From an uncultured Oligoflexales bacterium (GTDB lineage Bacteria > Bdellovibrionota_B > Oligoflexia > Oligoflexales > CAZZCU01): DNA of 64,000 nucleotides. Positions 55,867 through 64,000 of this stretch are shown piece after piece. The number at the start of each line of letters is the position of its first letter. The stretch's first letter is position 1. The notes under the pieces are model-generated. The model saw only the letters and a list, made by a program, of their open reading frames with translations. It was not told where the DNA came from and ran no database searches. The translations under genes and the position numbers were made by a program. Location: assembly GCA_964652825.1 (NCBI GenBank), contig CAZZCU010000001.1, positions 208,167 through 272,166 on the forward strand. Reading direction: 5' to 3'.

Positions 55867-58215
55867 ATGTTTAAGTGTAAATATATTTTTTTTGTTTTGA
55901 CATTGTCATTGGTCGCGGCGGCGAAACCAAAGACTGTGCCCAAGCCATCTCAAGATCCACCTCCTATACATAAGCAAAGTTTTGACTACATCTTAAAGAA
56001 CTATCTGTTCGTTGCCGACTTCTCGGAGAAGGAGCCTGAGCGCAGAATCTCTAAAGATGTGTTCTGGCGTTATCCTTTGCAGATTCCAAAAATCAATTTT
56101 CCCGTCGAATATGCGCTAAATAATCCGTCTAAAGACGTGCCGGCCACGCCTGGTGATGGCATGGCAACGCATCATATGAATCGTGGCAGGGTATTCTTCC
56201 TAGATGGAAACTATGAAGAAGCCAAGAATATCTGGCTTGCAGGTCGAGCGCGATATAAGCAGCAGTATCCGTATCATCGACGAACAGATTATTTTATCGG
56301 TCTGGCTTTTCTTAATATCGCGGCCCAGCAGGTGAAAGAAGCTGGCGGCAATTGGCAGGATCTCAAGGTCAAAGGAACATTGGCAAACGCCGCGACATTT
56401 TTAAGTTGGGCTTTTATCAGGAAGGCCGACGAAAAAGACGAATTGGCTGATGCCGCTGCACCCAGGCAGCTTTACAATCTGGCGGCGATTTATTTTATGT
56501 ACGAGCGTTATCCTGCAGCATATGGCGCGGCCAATAATGGCTTGGAGTATTTACGCAAGACTGGCCGCATTGATTATCGGCCGCAATTTCAGCGGGTGAT
56601 CGTCGAGTCATTTGTTAAAGCTCAGAATTATTTGGAGGCGGTACAGACGATCGATACTGCCATTCGTCAGGACCCCGATATTAAGCAGGCTGCGGCGATG
56701 TTTACCCGCGTGGGCGACATATACTTTAATCAAAACAACTATGAGTTGGCCGAGGAAGCTTACGCGATCGGCAATAAACTTGATCAGGATGTAAATCGTC
56801 TCAATCCGGCACAATTTGTCTTGCAAGGGGAGACTTTATTTTGGCTCGGGCGATTTGCTGAGTCACAAAAATTATTTCATTACGCACTGGAGGGGGCGGC
56901 GCGCAAAGAAGCGGTTACCGACCTGCCAAGAAATTTCGCTGCGTTTGCGCAACTAAGGATCGCCGATGCGTTTCTTGCGCAGAAGCAGTATGAGCAGGCA
57001 CGACTTGGATACTTTAAAGTCAGTCAGGAATATCGCGACTCCGAGGCGGCTAAGATTGCGGGAATTCGTAGTGCTTGCCTAGAACTACCACAGTATGACG
57101 GCAAAAATGTCGAGCATGCACGGAAGTTGCTCGTCGATGCAGCCAAAGAAGAATTGTCGCCGATACTTACAGAGATGTCGACTGCCTGCAACGTGGCGTC
57201 GTATGCGGCTCGCGAACGAACTCCGGAAATGGTTGGGCGCGTCAAGCAATTTGCTGAGAAGTATCCGGAATCGCCGGTACTGAAAGAATTTTTTGAGCCT
57301 GTACGGGCGGTGCAGGCGAAGAAGCTGGACGAATATTTTGCCCGTAAGGAAAAATACGAAGCTCTTAGTTTCTTTGAAAAGAATCGTAAAACCTTATTTC
57401 CAAAGATTTCTTCTGATCGCCAGCGTTTATTGTTTGCTGCATATGCAGAGGCTTGGCGTAGTGACGCCGCCAGCGAATTTTGGCGGGCATATGCCGAACT
57501 GCCGGATAGCGACGCAAAGTTAATACGGCAGGCCGTGGTGGTGGCGGAAATGACCAATACTTCCAAGATGAAAACCACCAAGAAAACAGCGACAAAAGTG
57601 CAGCCAAAATGGTTGGCATTGAATAAGCAAGTGGCAACCAAGCTCGGCAAACATAAATGGTCTACCAGTAAACCTTCGCCACAGAACTTTGAATTTTTGC
57701 AGCGCGTGTTGGCATCACAAACTGCTAACGAACACATTGTGTGGGCAACGAACTTAGCCGAACACTGGAGTCGTGCCGATGCGACGCTGACATGCAGTTT
57801 GTACTATTCACTGCTGACACGTGGCTTGGGTCTCCGAAATGTCACTAAAGAGCAGCGTGCGCATTTGCGCCAAAAGAGTTTGGCGTTAGTCGAGAAATCC
57901 TTGCCTGATTTATTTAAGCAGGATGCATCGTGTGCTCAGTCATTACTTGAGCTCGAGCAAGTAGTGCTTGCAGGGTCACCACAGGAGCTGGCCAAGCGTT
58001 ATCTGGCACGTAAGGACTGGGAATTCACCGCGCCGTTGATCAGCATGGCTTGGGTGACCGCCGAACGTATGTTCGAGCAGCGACAGAAGGATGCTGCCAA
58101 GAATCTTTGGCGTTTGATTGTCGAAAAGGCGCCAGCCGATGCACCGGAATTGGTTTTGGCCAAAGCTCGATTGGATGAACGTAAAGCTGAAACAGAAGAG
58201 ATGTGGGATCGATAA
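55867..58215 (+). CDS. Secreted TPR-repeat protein
   Basis: The ATG at 55867 gives the signal peptide MFKCKYIFFVLTLSLVAAAKP. Multiple TPR-like units (GNYEEAKNIWLAG, NYLEAVQTIDTAI, NNYELAEEAYAIG, KQYEQARLGYFKV). Starts 12 nt after the motB stop. Confidence 0.6.
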   Translation: MFKCKYIFFVLTLSLVAAAKPKTVPKPSQDPPPIHKQSFDYILKNYLFVADFSEKEPERRISKDVFWRYPLQIPKINFPVEYALNNPSKDVPATPGDGMATHHMNRGRVFFLDGNYEEAKNIWLAGRARYKQQYPYHRRTDYFIGLAFLNIAAQQVKEAGGNWQDLKVKGTLANAATFLSWAFIRKADEKDELADAAAPRQLYNLAAIYFMYERYPAAYGAANNGLEYLRKTGRIDYRPQFQRVIVESFVKAQNYLEAVQTIDTAIRQDPDIKQAAAMFTRVGDIYFNQNNYELAEEAYAIGNKLDQDVNRLNPAQFVLQGETLFWLGRFAESQKLFHYALEGAARKEAVTDLPRNFAAFAQLRIADAFLAQKQYEQARLGYFKVSQEYRDSEAAKIAGIRSACLELPQYDGKNVEHARKLLVDAAKEELSPILTEMSTACNVASYAARERTPEMVGRVKQFAEKYPESPVLKEFFEPVRAVQAKKLDEYFARKEKYEALSFFEKNRKTLFPKISSDRQRLLFAAYAEAWRSDAASEFWRAYAELPDSDAKLIRQAVVVAEMTNTSKMKTTKKTATKVQPKWLALNKQVATKLGKHKWSTSKPSPQNFEFLQRVLASQTANEHIVWATNLAEHWSRADATLTCSLYYSLLTRGLGLRNVTKEQRAHLRQKSLALVEKSLPDLFKQDASCAQSLLELEQVVLAGSPQELAKRYLARKDWEFTAPLISMAWVTAERMFEQRQKDAAKNLWRLIVEKAPADAPELVLAKARLDERKAETEEMWDR

Positions 58216-59228
58216 TGTTGATGAAATTTTTCTCGGCGTTTGCCGTTGGTTTTCTATCATTGGTTTTAATGGTCGCCTGCTCCATGAGGCGTGAACAATC
58301 GCAGGTCGAGAGCTTGAGTTATCGCTGTACTGCGACCAAATTCAAGACCGGCGATGGCGGAATATTCGTGAACTTGACCCAACGCTCCTCCGCCGGGGCG
58401 GGCAGTGCCGCTACGAGATTGGCGGAGATGGCTCAAATACGCCTGACCCAGGTGGGATCTTCCGGTGGCGACGTGTTATGGAATATTCCCGCCGCAGAAC
58501 TGGTCCCTCAGCGTGGTTCGCTGGCAAGTGCGCCGCAGGGTCGTTACAAGATCGCGCAACTAACGGTTACTAGTAGTGGCGTAAAGCACATACTGATACC
58601 GACAACTGAATTGCAGAGCACAATTTTTACCGTTCACCAAAACTGTATTTCAAATTTGGGTGAATGGGCGATCGACTTAAAGCCGCAAAACAAAATCAGA
58701 TTGGACTCCAAGCTGAGTCAGCCTTCGTTTCGCTTGGCGGCACAACGCGCTGGTGTTGATGGTGCTGCGGTGCTTGATGCCTATAAGCCGGATGATTTTC
58801 CTGATCTTGATGTCGATGATACGATTTTGACTACTATTGCCAAAGTTAAACGCAGCCGTATGATTTCCATGCATTATCGTATCGATGTAACACCGCAGCC
58901 GACATTGGCGCGTAAGCTGCTGCCGGCGGTTAAGGCGCGTGATGTAAGTATGCGTGCGTGTTATAGCGGTCGTCTCGATGCTCAGCCTAAGTTGCGGGGA
59001 TCAGTGACAATGAAGTTCAAATGGATCAAGCCCACCGGCAAACTAAGCAATGTAAATGTCGCTGGCGGTGATTTGCGTGACCAGCAGGTGACAACTTGTC
59101 TTGGTGAGGAGCTACAGCAGATAGTTGTGGCAACGCCACGATCCGTTCAAGGCACGATCAAGTTTGTTTTTGATGCAAAAGAAGGAGCGCCGCAACAGGT
59201 TGCGACGCTCCCAGATAGCGAACTTTAG
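58215..59228 (+). CDS. Lipoprotein with TonB-C / AgmX-PglI-like C-terminal domain
   Basis: The ATG at 58215 overlaps the TPR gene stop (TAATG). Lipobox LVLMVAC. The C-terminus MRACYSGRLDAQPKLRGSVTMKFKWIKPTGKLSNVNVAGGDLRDQQVTTCLGEELQQIVV...IKFVF follows the CY...P.L.G.v...f.i...G.v...C pattern of AgmX/PglI C-terminal (TonB-C-like) domains. Confidence 0.55.
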   Translation: MLMKFFSAFAVGFLSLVLMVACSMRREQSQVESLSYRCTATKFKTGDGGIFVNLTQRSSAGAGSAATRLAEMAQIRLTQVGSSGGDVLWNIPAAELVPQRGSLASAPQGRYKIAQLTVTSSGVKHILIPTTELQSTIFTVHQNCISNLGEWAIDLKPQNKIRLDSKLSQPSFRLAAQRAGVDGAAVLDAYKPDDFPDLDVDDTILTTIAKVKRSRMISMHYRIDVTPQPTLARKLLPAVKARDVSMRACYSGRLDAQPKLRGSVTMKFKWIKPTGKLSNVNVAGGDLRDQQVTTCLGEELQQIVVATPRSVQGTIKFVFDAKEGAPQQVATLPDSEL

Positions 59229-59749
59229 TAGTAGCAACATGACGGATAGTAGTAGTACGCGTAGCCATAGTAGCTTGGATAGTAAGTCTGATAGTACTGC
59301 GGATAGCTGTAGTAGTAATAGTTACCGTAATTGTAATAGTAAGGTTGCGTGTAAGAGTTGTAGTTCCAGTAGTAGTAGCTATTGGTTCTGCCTCGCCAGC
59401 CCCATTGTTGCGAAGAAGAGTCTTGATCTAATTCGGTAGTGACGACATTTTCCATCGGTTGTTTAGCCTGGCGCCAGACTTTGCCGGCATTCTCCGCATC
59501 AACATTTGTTCCCACATTATCCAATACTCGTAGTTCGGCTTGGTCGTTCATGACCTTGCCGTTCTTATCAAGGGGAACACGTACAATTAAACTCGGCGCC
59601 GGTGTGCGGTCTGCCGTGCTTGTTTCTGCCTCCTCGGTGCTATTGGGTGCTTGTGCTTCGTTTGCGAGTTGTTTCGTTTCTGTTACTGCCCCGCAGCCTG
59701 CGGCTCCGAAAATCAGGGCACCACCAAGAATCCATACTGATCTATTCAT
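59225..59749 (-). CDS. Lipoprotein with an extremely Tyr-rich C-terminal tail
   Basis: The ATG at 59749 is preceded by GGAGGAA. Signal peptide plus lipobox IFGAAGC. The final 51 residues contain 27 Tyr (SYYYWNYNSYTQPYYYNYGNYYYYSYPQYYQTYYPSYYGYAYYYYPSCCYY). Confidence 0.55.
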   Translation of the reverse strand: MNRSVWILGGALIFGAAGCGAVTETKQLANEAQAPNSTEEAETSTADRTPAPSLIVRVPLDKNGKVMNDQAELRVLDNVGTNVDAENAGKVWRQAKQPMENVVTTELDQDSSSQQWGWRGRTNSYYYWNYNSYTQPYYYNYGNYYYYSYPQYYQTYYPSYYGYAYYYYPSCCYY

Positions 59750-59927
59750 ATCGTTGTTCCTCCATAATTGGTCGTTCATTTGCCGTTGTCACCTTAAGAC
59801 AGGTGGATGGTTTGCCCTACACGCCCACACCATTTCATTGCGAATTTCTCTGTTGCCGTGTGGGGTGTTCAGCCAGTTCCCTGGTATCTCTTGCAAGAAA
59901 CGTTTCATTTTTCCTGTTTCTGATATT

Positions 59928-59946
59928 TGGCATGAGTTCTGCTTAG
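59928..59946 (+). promoter_or_regulatory. Sigma54 (RpoN)-type -24/-12 promoter upstream of the DUF883-like gene
   Basis: TGGCATG-AGTT-CTGCTTAG has the same architecture and the same extended -12 (CTGCTTAG) as the element upstream of fliK. The GC dinucleotide lies 60 nt upstream of the ATG at 60002. Confidence 0.5.
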
Positions 59947-60001
59947 ACTTGTACGTAGTTTTTTGAAACCGACCATGTTTTTACGAAGAATGGGAGAAAA
60001 A

Positions 60002-60319
60002 ATGACAAATCATGCGGAAGGGGTCACAACCCAGTTGCGCGATCAAGCGCTAGATAAAGGTCTGAATGGCAAAGAATTTTTGAGCCGTAATTTGGACGAT
60101 CCGGATCAGATTGCTAAGGAAGTAGTTGCAAAAATTAAAGAGGCAACAGCAACCGGTCGTGACATGGTTATGCGTAATATTCGAGCCGCTTTGGACTCGG
60201 ATACGGTTGTAGCGGCTCAGCGTCAGGTGGTTGGTACTGTCCGCAATCATCCTTTGGCTGTGATGGGTGGCGCTGTTGTTGTTGGTTTGGTGTTAGGTCG
60301 GCTACTGCGCAGTAGATAA
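60002..60319 (+). CDS. DUF883 (ElaB/YqjD-like) C-tail-anchored membrane protein
   Basis: Helical N-terminal part. The C-terminus VRNHPLAVMGGAVVVGLVLGRLLRSR matches the ElaB/YqjD tail-anchor pattern. ATG at 60002 with GGGAG RBS. Confidence 0.6.
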   Translation: MTNHAEGVTTQLRDQALDKGLNGKEFLSRNLDDPDQIAKEVVAKIKEATATGRDMVMRNIRAALDSDTVVAAQRQVVGTVRNHPLAVMGGAVVVGLVLGRLLRSR

Positions 60320-60357
60320 TTTGTTGTCTCAACGACAAGTACAAATGAGGCGCGCGC

Positions 60358-60999
60358 GTGTTTAAAACCGTGATGAAATACCTGCTTATAGGTGGACGAG
60401 AGGCATCCATGTCGATTGCTAAACCAATTATCACGCAAATAAGTCTTTGGTTTCTATTGACGATGAGCGCTTTCGCGGGCGTTGTTGTTTTATTTACAGC
60501 GATAGTGGCATATGCCACTGCGGCACCGTGGAATATCGTCACGCCTGGTTTGCTGATGGCCGTTGTGTTATTCGCGGTTGCCGGGACGTTGTATGCCATT
60601 GCTCGTAGTATGAATGGGGCGTCGTCCTCGGCAAGAGAGAATTTGCATGTTGGTGACGTCAGAGCTGCAAAGTCGGCGCGGCCGATCGTGGTCGCGCCAA
60701 CTAAGCCGTACGTACCAACCGCCAATATGATACAGTTGCAGGATACAGCTCGTGTTGGCTGGGAAAAATATCATTGGCCAATTCTCGGCCTGACAGTTGC
60801 TGCTGCTGTGCTTCTCGGTGCCAAACGATTGCCACATATTAGCCGAGCCGTGGGACATCGACGGCCAATTGATCCCACCCATCGGATGCTTGATATCGCT
60901 GTACCGCTTGTGGCGTCGCTTGCCAGTCGTTATTTGTCAAATCGTCAAAAGGGCTTTACAGCTTCGGATACGACCTCGCACGAGACCATGCTTCACTAG
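60358..60999 (+). CDS. Hypothetical two-TM membrane protein (YqjE/holin-X-like topology)
   Basis: Two adjacent TM helices (ISLWFLLTMSAFAGVVVLFTAIVAY, LLMAVVLFAVAGTLYAIA), located downstream of the DUF883 gene. An alternative ATG start at 60409 has a better RBS. Confidence 0.4.
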   Translation: MFKTVMKYLLIGGREASMSIAKPIITQISLWFLLTMSAFAGVVVLFTAIVAYATAAPWNIVTPGLLMAVVLFAVAGTLYAIARSMNGASSSARENLHVGDVRAAKSARPIVVAPTKPYVPTANMIQLQDTARVGWEKYHWPILGLTVAAAVLLGAKRLPHISRAVGHRRPIDPTHRMLDIAVPLVASLASRYLSNRQKGFTASDTTSHETMLH

Positions 61000-61108
61000 T
61001 CTAGCTGAAGCTGATCTTAATATTTCCCTCTTGGTTGCAAATCTCAAAGCAGATCAATAGAATACTAATACCAATACTATTTTCTTCTTTAATCTCGGAA
61101 ATGCTTGC

Positions 61109-62437
61109 GTGCGGTCTCCACAGAATTACCTATTATTTTTTATTTTGGTGCTAATACCGCCACAGGATACGTGTTTATTGGCGCAAGAAAGTGTGTCTTT
61201 ACCGGCATTACCATCCTATGCGGCGGTTTTATCCGCTTCGTTGCGTCAATCGTTGCCGACCAAGCGCGCTATTCTTGTTCGTGATCGTGCGGTCGTTGCC
61301 AGAAGTCTAGTTGGGTTTGCGGCGTTTCCACAACTTGGCGTTAGCGCGGCTTTGGTTGAACGTCGTCCAGAGAACAATGTTGCGCAGCCAACCACTCAAA
61401 CTTATTCCGCGCAATTGAATTATAATGTTTTGGATTTTGGTCGCACGCGTGCGCAAAAACGCGCTGCTGACGCGCAGATTGACGCCGCCAATCAAGGTGT
61501 CGAAGCCACTAACGAAGATCTATCATGGGAAGTGGCAAGAAATTATTTGGCGTTGGTTACGGCTGTTCGGCTTTTGGATATTAATCGTCAGAATTTAACT
61601 TTATCGCGTAATAAATTTGCAACAGTGCGTGCTAACTATCAAAAGGGCTTACGCCCTGAGAACGATTTGATTTCCGCTCAAGCTGATTTAGGAAATGTTC
61701 AGCTGGCTTTTGATAGAGCCGAGGCTGATCTCAGCGTCATGCGACAGCAGTTGGAGTCTTTGACCGGCGATGCAAGTTTGTTTCGGAATGGCGGCAATGA
61801 CAAACTCAGCTCGGATGTGGTCACAAAATTTCTCGATAGAAATCCGGATGTCTGGCAGCGTCTGATCAATTCCTGGTCGGTCAGTAATCTTAGTGCCGCG
61901 CAACGCCAACGCTCTTTTGAGCGTCAGGCGCTGATTGCCTCGGAGACCGCGGCTGCCTCCGTGTATCGTCCGCGCCTAGGTTTGGCGATGACAGCGCAGC
62001 AGTCTGGTCCGAGCGAAAAGGAGCTTGAAGAGCAGTATTCCGGTCAAGTGCAGTTGTCTTGGGATTTACCATGGCCGGGAGCACTGCGTGATGCACGTCG
62101 TCAAGTGAGTTTACAAAGAAATATTCTCGAGACTGAAGAAGCTATTGAGCTGGATGCTCGTAAAAAATCCGAAGAGGTTGCCAAGCAGAAAATTACTTGG
62201 ACGGCTCGGCTATGGAAAGCAGCGGAAGCGCAGCTATCACTACGCATGCGCCAATATGATTTGACACGAAAAAGATACGAAGCAGGCAAAGCTTCGGCAT
62301 TTGAGTTGAGCAATAGCGAACTCGAACTGGGAAATTCCCGTCTGGAACGTGTCCGTATTGCCAATTCCTTCGTGGCGGCTGTGCTGGATCTTGCCGAGGC
62401 TCGACGAATTAGTGACCCTGGCGTCATATTTAAATGA
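61109..62437 (+). CDS. TolC-family outer-membrane efflux protein
   Basis: Signal peptide. Two-fold OEP repeat with coiled-coil segments (ANYQKGLRPENDLISAQADL..., RKRYEAGKASAFELSNSELEL...). Precedes the MFP and RND genes. Confidence 0.8.
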   Translation: MRSPQNYLLFFILVLIPPQDTCLLAQESVSLPALPSYAAVLSASLRQSLPTKRAILVRDRAVVARSLVGFAAFPQLGVSAALVERRPENNVAQPTTQTYSAQLNYNVLDFGRTRAQKRAADAQIDAANQGVEATNEDLSWEVARNYLALVTAVRLLDINRQNLTLSRNKFATVRANYQKGLRPENDLISAQADLGNVQLAFDRAEADLSVMRQQLESLTGDASLFRNGGNDKLSSDVVTKFLDRNPDVWQRLINSWSVSNLSAAQRQRSFERQALIASETAAASVYRPRLGLAMTAQQSGPSEKELEEQYSGQVQLSWDLPWPGALRDARRQVSLQRNILETEEAIELDARKKSEEVAKQKITWTARLWKAAEAQLSLRMRQYDLTRKRYEAGKASAFELSNSELELGNSRLERVRIANSFVAAVLDLAEARRISDPGVIFK

Positions 62438-62471
62438 TCCAATGAAGTAATAGATTGGAAAGGATTACGAA

Positions 62472-63386
62472 ATGTTGACGCGAATTATAACTGTTATTTT
62501 GCTGATATTTGTTGCGACGGCATGCAACAAGGGCAGCAAAAACGGTGCGAATGATGGCAAACGCAATGCCGGCGGTAGAGGCGGTGGCGTCGGTCGTGCT
62601 ACCGCAGTGAAAGTGCAACTGGTGGCAGCCCAATCTTTGCCACATAAAATTGATATCGTTGCTGTTCTTAAAGGCCGTAAGCAAGCTGAGGTCTACTCGC
62701 GTGTATCCGGTAAGATCGCATCGGCGGGTCCGGCCGAGGGGACGCAAGTTAAGGCGGGACAGGTTTTGATTCGTATCGATCGCAGCGATCCAGGCGAATC
62801 TTTCTTGACGACGCCGATCACTAGCCCGATTTCCGGATGGATCGGGCGTTGGATTGTCAGCAGTATCGGTGAGCATGTTTCTGCTCAAGAGCCACTGGTG
62901 ACTATTGTGGATGATGAAGTTTTGACAGCGGCGGTTATGTTGCCGACGAAAGAATGGTTGCAGGTCACCAAAGAAACTCCGGTTCAGGTAAGCGTCAGCT
63001 CCGAGAAACGTGAGGCTGTTATTACACGTATTGCGCGGGCGGCGGAGGCAGCATCTGGACGCGGCACTGTTCATGTTGATGTGAACAATCCCGATCATCG
63101 CTGGAAAGCCGGGATGGTGGCTAACATAACGTTTGATTTGGATACTAAGCCACGTATCGTCGTGCCAGCTCCGGCCTTATCTATCACTGATCAAGGTTCA
63201 TTTGTTTTTGTGGTGCAAGACAATGTAGCAAAACGTTTAAGTGTTAAGTTTGTAGTTATTGATAATGATCAAGTCGAGATTCTCGAGGGATTACCCGAAG
63301 GTAGTCAGCTAATTACCGAAGGTGTTAGCCAGGTTGGAGACTCGTTGCCAGTGAAGATCGTTGAAGAGGCGGCAAAGGAGTCTTGA
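62472..63386 (+). CDS. RND efflux periplasmic adaptor (membrane fusion protein)
   Basis: Lipobox FVATAC. Lipoyl-like hairpin motifs (VYSRVSGKI...VKAGQVLIRID, ITSPISGWI). Beta-barrel and MP domains. Confidence 0.85.
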   Translation: MLTRIITVILLIFVATACNKGSKNGANDGKRNAGGRGGGVGRATAVKVQLVAAQSLPHKIDIVAVLKGRKQAEVYSRVSGKIASAGPAEGTQVKAGQVLIRIDRSDPGESFLTTPITSPISGWIGRWIVSSIGEHVSAQEPLVTIVDDEVLTAAVMLPTKEWLQVTKETPVQVSVSSEKREAVITRIARAAEAASGRGTVHVDVNNPDHRWKAGMVANITFDLDTKPRIVVPAPALSITDQGSFVFVVQDNVAKRLSVKFVVIDNDQVEILEGLPEGSQLITEGVSQVGDSLPVKIVEEAAKES

Positions 63387-63389
63387 TCC

Positions 63390-64000
63390 ATGGATATTAT
63401 CCGGCTTTCCATAAAACGACCGATTTTTATTTTGATGATCACGTTGTTTATGATCGTGGTCGGTGGTCTGGCTTTGCGTCAGTTGCCGGTGGATTTATAT
63501 CCTGATGTTTCTTATCCAGTCCTCGCCGTGCGCGCTCATTTACCGGGCGCCGCTCCTGAAGAAGTGGAACAGATTGTTACAAGACGACTTGAGGATGCGC
63601 TTAGCAGTCTTGCTGGTATAACCACTATGCGCTCCATAAGTCGCGAGGGCTCAGCGACCGTCATCATGGAGTTTGCGGCCGGCGTCGATATTAAATTTCA
63701 AGAGACACAGGTTCGCGCCAAGGTCGCTAATATACGCAATTCTTTCCCCGATGACTTGTCAGAGCCGGTGGTTTTTCGGCAAGACCCTGACGATACTCCT
63801 ATCATTGAAATCGCCATTACCGGCAATCGCACGGCGTCGGAATTGACGCGTATTGCCGATGATCAGATAGCCGAGCGTTTGCGTCAGGTGCCAGGTGCTG
63901 GCGAAGTGACGCTTGGTGGTGAACGAAAACAAGAAGTGCTCGTCGAGTTGAAGCCGGATGCGATTGAGGCTTGGCGCATCAGCACCGCCGAGGTTGTCAG
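63390..64000 (+). CDS. RND-family efflux permease (AcrB/HAE1-like), 5' partial - runs off the window
   Basis: The ATG at 63390 gives MDIIRLSIKRPIFILMITLFMIVVGGLALRQLPVDLYPDVSYPVLAVRAHLPGAAPEEVEQ..., a canonical RND N-terminus. The frame is open to position 64000. Confidence 0.9.
   Translation, partial: MDIIRLSIKRPIFILMITLFMIVVGGLALRQLPVDLYPDVSYPVLAVRAHLPGAAPEEVEQIVTRRLEDALSSLAGITTMRSISREGSATVIMEFAAGVDIKFQETQVRAKVANIRNSFPDDLSEPVVFRQDPDDTPIIEIAITGNRTASELTRIADDQIAERLRQVPGAGEVTLGGERKQEVLVELKPDAIEAWRISTAEVV

Noticed and set aside
59125-59439. A plus-strand 104-aa Ser-rich ORF (SSSNMTDSSSTRSHSSLDSKSDS...).
   Set aside because: It is the mirror image of the Tyr-rich tract (GTA/AGT codons opposite TAC). 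It overlaps the 3' end of the AgmX-like gene and has no signal peptide or RBS. The minus-strand ORF has an RBS, a signal peptide and a lipobox.
1-64000. Looked for CRISPR arrays, tRNA/rRNA genes, transposases, integrases, phage genes, toxin-antitoxin pairs and defence-system genes.
   Set aside because: Every ORF longer than about 100 aa is accounted for by the calls above. The six longest non-coding stretches are about 135-336 nt, and none shows spaced direct repeats, a tRNA-like T-arm, or inverted terminal repeats. I cannot exclude small RNAs without covariance-model scans.

Overview
This window reads as about 95% coding chromosomal core from a Gram-negative, flagellated bacterium. The Gram-negative call rests on the Kdo transferase, heptosyltransferase, LpxH-like, TolC/RND and many lipobox proteins. 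The gene content (FlbD-MotAB, an AgmX/TonB-C-like lipoprotein, the PrkA-YeaH-SpoVR triad, many vWA/Cys-rich lipoproteins, sigma54-type flagellar promoter) suggests a Bdellovibrionota/Myxococcota-like lineage, which I cannot verify without a database search.

Recognisable blocks, in order:
- mutS-comF, prfC, smc and ssb.
- The rplU-rpmA-obg-nadD-rsfS-rlmH operon.
- fliK-flgD.
- rng-waaA-heptosyltransferase.
- A polysaccharide locus (capD/pglF-like, wecA/wbpL-like, fcl, GT-B-like).
- dapF with a two-component pair.
- glyA-nrdR-ribE-ribB(X)-ribH-nusB, rpiB, acpP and an lpxH-like gene.
- prkA-yeaH-spoVR.
- prfB, with its programmed +1 frameshift visible in the sequence.
- flbD-motA-motB.
- A tolC-MFP-RND efflux set that runs off the 3' end.

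I see no rRNA or tRNA genes, CRISPR arrays, transposases or integrases, prophage genes, or recognisable defence genes. No mobile or accessory island is evident.

The candidates for something undescribed are all envelope-associated genes of unknown function embedded in otherwise ordinary operons:
1. A translationally coupled four-gene envelope module ending in a pseudo-receiver/PilZ protein (25478-30431).
2. A 3 x 6-Cys repeat lipoprotein overlapping the flgD stop, where flgE is normally found.
3. A lipoprotein with a C-terminal tail that is more than 50% tyrosine.
4. TPR and AgmX-like genes appended to the stator operon.
5. A probable beta-barrel protein coupled to the PrkA triad.

All functional interpretations of these are inference from motifs read by eye.
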